From positions 1-35,599 of IMG/VR virus record IMGVR_UViG_3300012347_000528: a DNA stretch of 35,599 nucleotides, one strand, 5' to 3'. The DNA is from a virus. A model generated the notes under the pieces. That model did no database searches. It was not told where the DNA came from and was given only the letters and a program-made list of their open reading frames with translations. The position numbers were made by a program, and so were the translations under genes. Shown in pieces: positions 8,735 to 17,131 of this stretch (positions are counted from its first letter, which is position 1; each line of letters begins with the position of its first letter).

Positions 8735-9739
8735 ATGTTAAGACCTTGGATAAAAATTGAAATTGGCAAAGAAAAATTTTCTTATGTCGTAAGCGGTGAA
8801 ACTTCGTCGAGTTGGAAAAAGTTCACCGACACGGCGAAGCTGTCAATTCCTATAAAAGTAAAAAAAGACAATAAGACAATTTTTATAGGAAGTGAAAACC
8901 TTTTTAAAAAGGGTGACTTCGCTACGATTTCGGTCGGGTTTTTTCCAAATATAGAAAAGATTTACGAAGGCTACCTTACTAAAATAACGCCCAAAGACGT
9001 TGTTGAAATGGAATTTGAAGACCCTTCTTGGATTTTAAAACAGACGAATTTAACAGTTTCTTACAAGAACATTACGCTTGAAAACTTGCTTAACAATTGT
9101 CTTCAGGAAGCTATAAAAAAGGCTTCGCCAAACATAAAAGAAGCATTAAAAAAGATAAAAATCAAAACGGTCGGGGCTACTTTTCCAGCGTTCAGGCTGA
9201 CGAATGTCAATATAATTCAAGTTTTAGACGAATTAAAAAGCACTTATTCGCTGACTTCGTTCTTCAGGAACCAAACGCTTTTTGTTGGGCTGGCTTATAA
9301 TGCTGACGGAAAAAAACACAAATTCGAGTTCCAAAAAAATATTCTTGACGGTGACACGTTGGAATATAAAAAAGAAGACGACGTTCGCATAAAAGTAAAA
9401 GTTACTTCAATGCTTGAAAACAACAAGAAAATTGAAGTTGAAGTTGGCGACAGCGACGGCGAACAGCGTTCAATTTTCGTTTATAACGTCACCAACGAAG
9501 CGGAACTTAAAAAAATAGGTGAACGCGAAAAAGAACGTTTAAAATATGAAGGTTTTTTTGGTACCTTTGACACATTCATTGAACCAATAGTTAAGCACGG
9601 CGACGAAATTGAAATTGTTGACCCGAAGCACCCCGAAAGAAACGGAACTTATTACGCTGAAGCCGTAGTTCAAAGATTTGGAACAGGCGGTTATTTTCAA
9701 ACAATAACTTTAGGCGTTAAAATAACAGTTAAAAAGTAA
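8735..9739 (+). CDS. Baseplate hub protein (gpD / XkdQ-like, putative)
   Basis: 334 aa, between the tape-measure gene and the spike. Size and position match late-control-D-type hub proteins. Confidence 0.5.
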   Translation: MLRPWIKIEIGKEKFSYVVSGETSSSWKKFTDTAKLSIPIKVKKDNKTIFIGSENLFKKGDFATISVGFFPNIEKIYEGYLTKITPKDVVEMEFEDPSWILKQTNLTVSYKNITLENLLNNCLQEAIKKASPNIKEALKKIKIKTVGATFPAFRLTNVNIIQVLDELKSTYSLTSFFRNQTLFVGLAYNADGKKHKFEFQKNILDGDTLEYKKEDDVRIKVKVTSMLENNKKIEVEVGDSDGEQRSIFVYNVTNEAELKKIGEREKERLKYEGFFGTFDTFIEPIVKHGDEIEIVDPKHPERNGTYYAEAVVQRFGTGGYFQTITLGVKITVKK

Positions 9740-9742
9740 AAA

Positions 9743-10540
9743 ATGGCTGAAATTGCTGACATAATCAAAAAAATGACAAAGACACAGGAAGAAATTTATT
9801 CCTGTGTTTGTACTGTCACAGAAATTGACGAAGCAAAACGTTTGATTTCAGTAAAACCAAACAACGGTTCGGCTGAAGTTTTTGACGTAAGGCTTCAAAC
9901 AATCGTTTCAGGCGTTTTGGGGCTTGTTGTATTCCCTAAAAATGGAAGTGAAGTAATAATTAACTTCATTTCAAAAGAAGTCGCTTACGTGGCTTTATTT
10001 AGCGAAATAGAAAAAATTCAGCTTAATATTGGCGACCTTTCGCTTTTTGTTGACGCTTCAAATATGAATTTGGCTGTCGAAAATATCGACGTCACAGCAA
10101 CGAACACAGAATTAAGTTCCGATAATGTAAAAATAAACGCTTCAGACACAAAAATTAATTCTGACAACGTTGAAATAAACAGTCAAACGACCAAGGTCGT
10201 AACTACTAATTTTGAAGTTCAAGGCGCAAATATTAAGCTTACAGCCCCGCTGGTTGACATTATTGCTGGCGCGGTCAATATAAGCGGCGCCGTTGCAATT
10301 AACGGGGCTATTACAATAAACGGCGGCGGGAACGGTGGCGTTCCGCTTGGGGCGGCTTTGGTTACCAAAATAAACAAGCTTGAAACGACTATAAACCAAT
10401 TAAAAACGAAGTTCACAGCTTGGACGCCTGTTGCAAACGACGGGGGTTCAGCTTTAAAAGCACAGCTTTCAAGTTGGCACACAACGCCAATAGTTCCGAC
10501 CACAGCAACAGAAATTTCAAACCCACAAATAACACAGTAA
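9743..10540 (+). CDS. Baseplate central spike (gpV/VgrG-like OB domain plus beta-helix repeats)
   Basis: N-terminal OB-like segment (VKPNNGSAEVFDVRLQTIVSG...VVFPKNGSEV), then repetitive DNVKINASDTKINSDNVEINSQTTKV and a Gly-rich INGAITINGGGNGG stretch. Confidence 0.7.
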   Translation: MAEIADIIKKMTKTQEEIYSCVCTVTEIDEAKRLISVKPNNGSAEVFDVRLQTIVSGVLGLVVFPKNGSEVIINFISKEVAYVALFSEIEKIQLNIGDLSLFVDASNMNLAVENIDVTATNTELSSDNVKINASDTKINSDNVEINSQTTKVVTTNFEVQGANIKLTAPLVDIIAGAVNISGAVAINGAITINGGGNGGVPLGAALVTKINKLETTINQLKTKFTAWTPVANDGGSALKAQLSSWHTTPIVPTTATEISNPQITQ

Positions 10541-10542
10541 AA

Positions 10543-10842
10543 ATGGCTGAAATAATTACAAAAGATATTAAATTTGAAGACGACATTGTTATTGAAAACG
10601 GCGACTTCGCTGTTTTTGAAAGTGACGAAGTTCATATTGAAAATATTTTAAAAGCGAACAGGGGTTTCTTTTTTGAAACGCCGCTTATTGGCTTGGGAAT
10701 TGTAAAAGAAATAAACGGTTCAAAGTCAATACAGGAACTTAAACAGGACGTTCGTCGTCAGCTGGTTCTTGACAATTTCAGCGTTCAGGTCGTTGAAATT
10801 TCTGAAGGCAAAATTAATATTAACGCAAAAAGGCTGAAATAA
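10543..10842 (+). CDS. Baseplate protein (gpW/gp25-like position); start corrected from 10420
   Basis: The ATG at 10543 lies 3 nt after the spike stop. The product is 99 aa. The upstream part of the track ORF overlaps the spike gene. Confidence 0.5.
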   Translation: MAEIITKDIKFEDDIVIENGDFAVFESDEVHIENILKANRGFFFETPLIGLGIVKEINGSKSIQELKQDVRRQLVLDNFSVQVVEISEGKININAKRLK

Positions 10843-11135
10843 TGGCAAAAGCTGTAATTATAGAAAATCAAAGCGTTTTGGACGCTGTTGTTCAATACCT
10901 TGGAACTTTGGAAGCCGCTTTTGATTTCTGTTTTGAAAACGGGAAGGCTTTAAGTGACGATATGAATTCAAACGACGTGGTTGAAATTCCGCAAAGCATA
11001 AATAAACAAACTGAAATTTCAAACTACTTCGCCGAAAAGAAAATTGAACTTGCGACGGGCTTCCCGTTAATAGAAGAAGACGACCTTGGCGGAATTGGCG
11101 TAATGATAATTTCACAAACTTTTATAGTAACATAA
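10842..11135 (+). CDS. Small tail protein (gpX / LysM-like fold suggested)
   Basis: 97 aa with a TAATG overlap. The pattern SVLDAVVQYLGTLEAAFDFCFENGKALSDDMNSNDVVEIP resembles the LysM-like gpX layout. Confidence 0.35.
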   Translation: MAKAVIIENQSVLDAVVQYLGTLEAAFDFCFENGKALSDDMNSNDVVEIPQSINKQTEISNYFAEKKIELATGFPLIEEDDLGGIGVMIISQTFIVT

Positions 11136-11147
11136 ACACAAATTAAA

Positions 11148-13031
11148 ATGAAAAAACCGATTGACGTTTTGAAGACCTACTTTGAAACAGGCGACAAACC
11201 AACGCAACAGCAATTTTCCGACCTTATAGACAGTTTTATTCACAAAGACGAAGGTTTTGTTATTACAGGAACAGAACAGACGCCAACGGGCTTAATAATT
11301 AGTTTTTCAGACGGAACAACGACAACGCTTCCGATTTTTGTATTACAAAACCAAGAAATTGACTTTATTAACGGGCTTCAGGATTTTATTGACCAAACGA
11401 ACCAATTTATTAATAACTTGGTATTAACTGACAATAATTTTACGAACCAAAACTTACAGGATTTGACAAATTTGGTCGCTTTTTTTGACCAATTTCAATC
11501 TTATTCAGGTGAACTGTCGTTTAAAGAAGTCACTTTTCCTGAAGTTGTAATTGGCGGTTCGACAGCTGGCGAAATTATTGACGCTTTTCCTGAAGAAATT
11601 GTTATTAAAAAAGGTCAAATTTTAAAGCTTAATTATTACGAAGCGGATTTTGGCGACGGAAACCACGCAAGAAAAAGTTTTCAAGCTATTTTTGTACTTC
11701 CTTCAGGAACCTATGGAAGCGGAACAGCCAGCGAAGGAAACATTTACGCCGACGCTTATCTTGTTTGCACCGTAAAACAACCCGACACGCAAAGTGTAAT
11801 TTTAAACAGACCATTTTTAAGCTTTCAAATTGACAGACTTATTGACGGAAACGGTTCCGATTTTGACGTTCAAAACCAAGCGGCTTTTAATGACAAAGTT
11901 TTTGACTACGCAAACGCTATAAATACAGCTTCACGTTCAATAAGGGCTTTAAGAATTGTCGAAAATCAAAATATTTCTTACGAACGACATTTTCCTTTAC
12001 TTTTTGAAGGCGAAAAAATTGAAACCGATATAAGTTTTATTTTGGTGTCAGCTGGTGAAAATTACGACGAATTTAAGTTTAATTCTTTGGTTACTTTGAC
12101 AACGCCAACAAACGAAGCTTATAATAAGCTTGAAATGGGTGTTTTTGTTATAGACGAAGAACTTGTTTTTCCAGCTTTAAAATTAACACGCAATATATTT
12201 GGAAGCGACGAAATTCTTTATATAAAGTCAAAAAAAGAAGCTTTTGAAGAAACAAGCGCTTACGGGAACAACACAAAAGAAATTGAATTTAAAAGCGAAT
12301 TTTCTGTTGGTAATTTTGGCAACGACCCTGAAGGTATTTTTGTTGTTAATAATATGGTTTTGAATTTTTCAAACCCTGAAAAAATTGAATTTATAAGAAC
12401 AAAAAAACCAAATTCACAGGCGTTAACCACACGAATTGGGTTTCTTGAAGACTATTGCGCCCAAGAATTCATTCTTAATTATTACGCTTATAAAGCCGAC
12501 GGTGACGGTCTTCGTTTTTGGCTAAACGAAAAGGAAAAAATAAAAACACCTTTTTTTTATTCAAGTGACTATTCAATTCGTGTCTTTAAAAATGAAGCCC
12601 AACTTGTTGAAAAAGAAGACGGTCGTTTTTATTACAAAGACAAACTTGACCAATTCAAAGGAAAAAATAAAAGTTTAATCGTTGACGACTTTGTTAATTT
12701 AGTTAAAAATAAATTTCCAAGGGTTTACAAATGCCTTTTGATTTCAAACGACGGCGTTGAACTTAACCCTATTTTTGAGAAAAACGAACTTGGTGACATA
12801 GTTAAGTTTAATTATAACGGCTCGAATGCGATTAGTATAAGCTTAAAACAGGGTTTTCCTGAAAACAAAACAAACGTTGACGTTGGTTGTTTTAGAGAAC
12901 GTTCAGGTTCAATAGTGCCAATATTCGCGGAATGGATAAACGAAGACGAAATTATTTTACATTCCGAATACGATTTTAATTTTGATAAATTAAAAATTTG
13001 GTTAAAAATTGAAATTGAACCTGAAATTTAA
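11148..13031 (+). CDS. Large baseplate/tail-fibre-associated structural protein
   Basis: 627 aa. I recognise the N-terminal YFETGDKPTQQQFSDLIDSF motif from N-termini of phage fibre/structural proteins. It is embedded in the baseplate cluster. Confidence 0.5.
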   Translation: MKKPIDVLKTYFETGDKPTQQQFSDLIDSFIHKDEGFVITGTEQTPTGLIISFSDGTTTTLPIFVLQNQEIDFINGLQDFIDQTNQFINNLVLTDNNFTNQNLQDLTNLVAFFDQFQSYSGELSFKEVTFPEVVIGGSTAGEIIDAFPEEIVIKKGQILKLNYYEADFGDGNHARKSFQAIFVLPSGTYGSGTASEGNIYADAYLVCTVKQPDTQSVILNRPFLSFQIDRLIDGNGSDFDVQNQAAFNDKVFDYANAINTASRSIRALRIVENQNISYERHFPLLFEGEKIETDISFILVSAGENYDEFKFNSLVTLTTPTNEAYNKLEMGVFVIDEELVFPALKLTRNIFGSDEILYIKSKKEAFEETSAYGNNTKEIEFKSEFSVGNFGNDPEGIFVVNNMVLNFSNPEKIEFIRTKKPNSQALTTRIGFLEDYCAQEFILNYYAYKADGDGLRFWLNEKEKIKTPFFYSSDYSIRVFKNEAQLVEKEDGRFYYKDKLDQFKGKNKSLIVDDFVNLVKNKFPRVYKCLLISNDGVELNPIFEKNELGDIVKFNYNGSNAISISLKQGFPENKTNVDVGCFRERSGSIVPIFAEWINEDEIILHSEYDFNFDKLKIWLKIEIEPEI

Positions 13032-13043
13032 TACTTTTGTAAA

Positions 13044-13916
13044 ATGGCACGTACAATAAACGAAATACAAGAAATAATTTTACAGCGTAAGGCGTTAGCG
13101 CCTTCGCTGTCTTCTTTGGAAGTTTTAACCAATTCCGAACAGTCAACTTTGGCGAATTTAACCAGCACTTCAAAGGTTGCTATTTGGCGCCTGTGGGTTT
13201 ATATTTGCGCGGTGACCATTTGGACGCTGGAAAAAATATTTGATACCTTCAAGCTTGAAGTTGAAGAAACTATTGCTTTGAACCAAATTGGAACCCCTTC
13301 TTGGTACAGAAAAAAAATGTTGGAATTTCAGCTTGGTTTTGCCCTTACTGAAATGGCTGTTTACGATAACACGAACGCTGTTCAAGCTGACGTTATAGCC
13401 AGCAAAATAATAAAACAGGCGGCTATTGAAGAAATTGGCGGACGTCTGAAGGTCAAAGTTGCGACTGAAGACAACGACGGCGAACTTGTTCCTTTGTCTG
13501 TTGCTCAATTTGGGGCTTTTAAAAATTACGCTGAAGCTGTCAAATATGCTGGAACGCGTTTAATAATAGTTTCAAGGGTTCCAGACGACTTCAAAACAGA
13601 TTATACCATTTATTACAACCCGCTAATTTTGGACGCTTACGGCGCACGTTTAGACGGAACCGACAACGAACCAATTCAAACAGCTGTTAAAACGTTCCTT
13701 CGTAATTTAGAGTTCAACGGTGAACTTATTCTTACTAAATTAACCGATTATTTGCAAGCTGTCGAAGGTGTTGAAGAACCTGTTCTTAATTCAGCGGCAG
13801 CAAAGTTCGGCGCTTACGGTTATTCACCAATAAACGAATATTATATTGCGGACGCTGGTTATATGAAGCTTGACGTCGCAAACACAACTTTTCAATTTTT
13901 AGCACGTGAACTATAA
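13044..13916 (+). CDS. Baseplate wedge protein (gpJ-like, putative)
   Basis: 290 aa. The C-terminal layout (VKVATEDNDGELVPLS... IQTAVKTFLRNLEFNGELILTKLTDYLQAVEGVEEPVL) parallels P2 gpJ. Gene order is W-(X)-J-I-fibre. Confidence 0.5.
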   Translation: MARTINEIQEIILQRKALAPSLSSLEVLTNSEQSTLANLTSTSKVAIWRLWVYICAVTIWTLEKIFDTFKLEVEETIALNQIGTPSWYRKKMLEFQLGFALTEMAVYDNTNAVQADVIASKIIKQAAIEEIGGRLKVKVATEDNDGELVPLSVAQFGAFKNYAEAVKYAGTRLIIVSRVPDDFKTDYTIYYNPLILDAYGARLDGTDNEPIQTAVKTFLRNLEFNGELILTKLTDYLQAVEGVEEPVLNSAAAKFGAYGYSPINEYYIADAGYMKLDVANTTFQFLAREL

Positions 13917-14403
13917 TAATATTTTTAACGTTGACTTCCGAAAACTTTCGCTGCTTTTAACGCCAATATTTTGGCGAAAAGCGGCTTTTGTGGCTTACAT
14001 TTATTGCCTTGTTGAACCTGTCAAAGTTCTTCACGACGAATTTAAAATTTTTCGTAAAAAGTCAATTTATAAAATTGTGCATAACGGTCAAGTTATGCTT
14101 TTTGAAAAGGTTTTAAATGACGCTTACGACGACCCGCAAAGGCGCATTTATATTACTGACAGCATTATAAACGACCCGCTTTATATTTATTCAATTCCTG
14201 AACAAAGACCTGTTTATTTAGGAACAGGTTACTTATACGACTTCAGCGTTTTCAATGACGTTGGCGTTGACTTTTACGTTGTTTTTCCAATAGCGTTGAA
14301 ACCTGTCAGCCCGTTTGATATTCTTAACTTTGAAAATAGAATTAAAGCCTTAATAAATTACTATAAACTTGCGTCAAAGCGCTATAAAATAATTTGGATA
14401 TAA
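13906..14403 (+). CDS. Baseplate protein (gpI-like position), GTG start
   Basis: 165-aa ORF with no early ATG. The GTG at 13906 overlaps the upstream gene by 11 nt. The position matches P2 gpI. Confidence 0.4.
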   Translation: MNYNNIFNVDFRKLSLLLTPIFWRKAAFVAYIYCLVEPVKVLHDEFKIFRKKSIYKIVHNGQVMLFEKVLNDAYDDPQRRIYITDSIINDPLYIYSIPEQRPVYLGTGYLYDFSVFNDVGVDFYVVFPIALKPVSPFDILNFENRIKALINYYKLASKRYKIIWI

Positions 14404-14404
14404 T

Positions 14405-15262
14405 ATGAATACTTTAAAACTTTTTTCGGGCGGGTTTCCTATGACAATTGAAACCTTGGCTTTTTTACAGGAAGCTTATACAAAGCCGTTAAGCGCTTTG
14501 TCAAAAATGGCTGGAAACAACGCAATTCTTGACGGAATAGTTACAACAGGCGCTTCAATTTCTGAAGGCTTTTTTGTGCAAAATAAAGAAGTAATTTACT
14601 TCAAGCCTTCGGTCGTTGGCGCAACTGTTAAAATAGTCGAAAAAACGCTTCAGGTGCCTTATAATGAAGACACGAACGCTGACGGCAACCTTGACTTAAA
14701 AGACGCTTATGTTACGCGTTACGCCACTACAAACGACCCTATTGACGCCGACGAAGTTCTTGTTTCTTCTTTTCCGCTGTCTGACTTGGTGCGAATTTCA
14801 GACTTCAGAAATTTGACGCCTGTTGGTGCTGCAATGCTTTGGTTTGACCCTGTTAACATTCCCGCTGGTTGGGCTGTGTGTGATGGAAACAACGGAACGC
14901 CTGACTTACGAAATAAATTTATAAAAATGGCGGGTTCCGAAGACCTTCCAAATACGGCTTCAGGTTCAAGAACAAAAACTTTAAGCCCCGCGCATATTCC
15001 GCCGCACACGCATTCAATACCTTCACACACGCACCCTTATAATGACTTATTTTTTAGTGAAATTGGCGGCGGTGTTTCGGTGCCTGGCAACGTAGGTTCA
15101 GGCGACAGCGACAATGACAATTCAGGTTTTCAAATGGCGCGAACAACAGGAAGCGGCGGCGCTGGTAACACAGGAAACGGCGCACCAGCATTAAACGGAA
15201 ACGCTTTCAATATTGAACCAGCTTATTACGCTGCAATTTGGATACAATACAAAGGTCTTTAG
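14405..15262 (+). CDS. Tail fibre protein with phage tail-collar domain
   Basis: MLWFDPVNIPAGWAVCDGNNGTPDLRNKFIKMAG, HIPPHTHSIPSHTHPY and the C-terminal NIEPAYYAAIWIQYKG are hallmark tail-collar (MdpB-like) motifs. Confidence 0.85.
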   Translation: MNTLKLFSGGFPMTIETLAFLQEAYTKPLSALSKMAGNNAILDGIVTTGASISEGFFVQNKEVIYFKPSVVGATVKIVEKTLQVPYNEDTNADGNLDLKDAYVTRYATTNDPIDADEVLVSSFPLSDLVRISDFRNLTPVGAAMLWFDPVNIPAGWAVCDGNNGTPDLRNKFIKMAGSEDLPNTASGSRTKTLSPAHIPPHTHSIPSHTHPYNDLFFSEIGGGVSVPGNVGSGDSDNDNSGFQMARTTGSGGAGNTGNGAPALNGNAFNIEPAYYAAIWIQYKGL

Positions 15263-15263
15263 T

Positions 15264-15539
15264 ATGAAAAATTTTATTGCAAACAATTGGGAAGTCATAG
15301 CTGGCTTAATTGGTTCAGTCGTTGCTTACTTCAGCGGCTTGAAAATACAACGTCAAAGCGTGCGAACGTCTGAACTTGAAAACCTGAAGACAGTTCGAGA
15401 AATGGAAAAGACGCTTTTAAACGATATGAAGACGCAAGTTGACCAGCTTGTTGAAGTTAACAACTATCTTAAAAAAGTAGTCGCTGAACAAGAAAAAAGT
15501 ATAAATAAATATAAACAAAAATACGGTGAATTATTATGA
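15264..15539 (+). CDS. Holin candidate (single N-terminal TMD plus coiled coil); start corrected from 15213
   Basis: ATG at 15264, 2 nt after the fibre stop. It has the TMD WEVIAGLIGSVVAYFSGL and an ATGA overlap with the endolysin gene. Confidence 0.45.
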   Translation: MKNFIANNWEVIAGLIGSVVAYFSGLKIQRQSVRTSELENLKTVREMEKTLLNDMKTQVDQLVEVNNYLKKVVAEQEKSINKYKQKYGELL

Positions 15540-16126
15540 AAACAACATTTTTAATTGAAAACGGTCACGGTGGCGTTATTAACGGCGTTCCGCAAACAGC
15601 TGGAAAACGTTCGCCTGACTTCGGCGAAGGCGTACTTTACGAAGGCGTTACGAACAGGGCTATTGCAAAGAAAATAATTGAACTTTGCAAAAAAGAAAAA
15701 ATTGACGTCGTTGAATTGGTTCCTGAATTAACTGACATTTCACTTGGCGAACGCGTAAGACGCGCCAACAAATACCCTGAAGCAATTCTTATAAGCTTGC
15801 ATTCAAACGCGGCGGCTGAAGAAAAAGCGAACGGTTGGGAAGTGTTTTCGACAGTAGGGCAAAACAAGTCTGACGTTGTGGCGCAAACCATTTACGAAGA
15901 AATGAAAAAAGCTTTTCCAAAGGCTAATTTTAGAACAGAAACGGCGGACGGCGACGCTGACAAAGAAATTGACTTTTTCATTATAAAAAAATCAATTTGC
16001 CGCGCTGTTCTTGTTGAAAATTTCTTTTTCACGAACAAAGAAGACTATAAAATTCTAATGTCTGAAGAAGGTCAAACGAAAATTGCAAAGGCTATATTTG
16101 AAGCAATTAAAAAACTGAACAAATGA
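15536..16126 (+). CDS. Endolysin: N-acetylmuramoyl-L-alanine amidase (Amidase_3 type)
   Basis: Contains LIENGHGG, ISLHSNAA..ANGWEVF and AVLVENFFFTNKEDY motifs. Confidence 0.85.
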   Translation: MKTTFLIENGHGGVINGVPQTAGKRSPDFGEGVLYEGVTNRAIAKKIIELCKKEKIDVVELVPELTDISLGERVRRANKYPEAILISLHSNAAAEEKANGWEVFSTVGQNKSDVVAQTIYEEMKKAFPKANFRTETADGDADKEIDFFIIKKSICRAVLVENFFFTNKEDYKILMSEEGQTKIAKAIFEAIKKLNK

Positions 16127-16482
16127 TTTGGAATTTATTAAAACAATACAAAACGCCCTTAATAGCCGTCGCGCTGGTTTGGGCGTTTATAGCCTTCTTA
16201 CAATATTACGCAATTAGCCCCTTGAAAGCACAAACCAAGGAATTGCAAAAAGAAGTTAAGAAACGCGAAAAGGAAAACGAAGCTTTGAAAAAAGAACTTA
16301 CAAAAGACAGCATTATTTTAATTGAAAAAGAAAAAAGAATTAAAACGCTGGAAGCAAAAGAACAAGCTTACAAAAATTTAGAACCTAAAATTATATTAAA
16401 ATATGAAAAAGTTAAAACCGATTTTATTAGCCGTCCTGTTAATGAACGCCGCCGCATTTTCGCAAAACTTGCAAACGAATAA
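16123..16482 (+). CDS. i-spanin-like membrane protein (N-terminal TMD plus coiled coil)
   Basis: TMD PLIAVALVWAFIAFLQYYAI followed by a Lys/Glu-rich helix. It has an ATGA overlap with the endolysin gene. Confidence 0.5.
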   Translation: MIWNLLKQYKTPLIAVALVWAFIAFLQYYAISPLKAQTKELQKEVKKREKENEALKKELTKDSIILIEKEKRIKTLEAKEQAYKNLEPKIILKYEKVKTDFISRPVNERRRIFAKLANE

Positions 16483-16813
16483 AGACAGCGTAAAAGTAGC
16501 TGTTAAGGATTTAGACAAAGCCGTTTTCAAAATGATTGAAGGCAAAGAATGTAAAGAAAAACTTCAAGCTTCAAAAAGCGCTTTGGCGACCTGTGACGAA
16601 GTGAAAACCGAATTAAAACAGGTTAACGACGTCCTGAAGGTAGATTTAAGCTATTTAAAGCAAATAAACGCTAATTTGGAACAGAATGTTGTTGACTTAA
16701 AAAAAGTCGCTGAAAACGAAAAAAACCGCGGAATAAGGCGCGGTTTCTTTGGGTTTTTAAAAGGTGTCGGCGTTACAAGCGCCTTAATTGGTGGCTTCCT
16801 TTTATTCCGTTAA
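16403..16813 (+). CDS. Secreted/tail-anchored coiled-coil protein (spanin-like partner, no lipobox)
   Basis: N-terminal signal-like MKKLKPILLAVLLMNAAAFSQ and C-terminal TMD GVGVTSALIGGFLLF. The start is embedded 80 nt inside the preceding gene in another frame. Confidence 0.5.
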   Translation: MKKLKPILLAVLLMNAAAFSQNLQTNKDSVKVAVKDLDKAVFKMIEGKECKEKLQASKSALATCDEVKTELKQVNDVLKVDLSYLKQINANLEQNVVDLKKVAENEKNRGIRRGFFGFLKGVGVTSALIGGFLLFR

Positions 16814-16867
16814 AGTTTTATAACGAGGTCAAAAGTTTTCGCCAAAACCCTTAAATTTGGGTTAATT

Positions 16868-16917
16868 TGTTCCAAACGCTTGAATTTTTCAATTTGGGTT
16901 TTTGGAACATTTTTTTT
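16868..16917 (+). terminator. Terminator of the late operon (nested hairpin plus T8)
   Basis: TGTTCCAAA (16868-16876) pairs with TTTGGAACA (16901-16909). There is an inner ttgaa-ttt-ttcaa hairpin, followed by eight T (16910-16917). Confidence 0.5.
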
Positions 16918-16930
16918 GGGTTCAATTTCT

Positions 16931-17131
16931 TCAAGCTTTTTCTTCATAAGAATAGATTTCAAGTAAAACGTTTATTTCTTCAGTAAGTTTGAATATTTCT
17001 TTTATAAGCTTCTTTTGCTGTCCGTGTGTGTCGCAAAATGGAAAATAAAGAACGTAACTGTTGCGCTGCTGTTCAAGTTCGTACAGCGCAACAATATAGC
17101 GTTCCGTTGGCTTATTCGCTGGCTTCTTCAA
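16931..17131 (-). CDS. Hypothetical small protein (TTG start only, weak)
   Basis: 66-aa ORF with no ATG. The TTG start overlaps the ATPase gene end by 20 nt. Confidence 0.3.
   Translation of the reverse strand: MKKPANKPTERYIVALYELEQQRNSYVLYFPFCDTHGQQKKLIKEIFKLTEEINVLLEIYSYEEKA

Noticed and set aside
9743-10540. Repetitive region in the spike gene and the low-complexity fibre tip, considered as diversity-generating-retroelement targets.
   Set aside because: There is no reverse transcriptase and no template-repeat copy elsewhere in the genome. The repeats are the expected beta-helix periodicity.
16931-17131. Possibility that the 66-aa ORF is a frameshift extension of the ATPase.
   Set aside because: It is in the +1 frame relative to the ATPase and there is no slippery motif at the junction. 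It is retained only as a low-confidence separate CDS with a TTG start.
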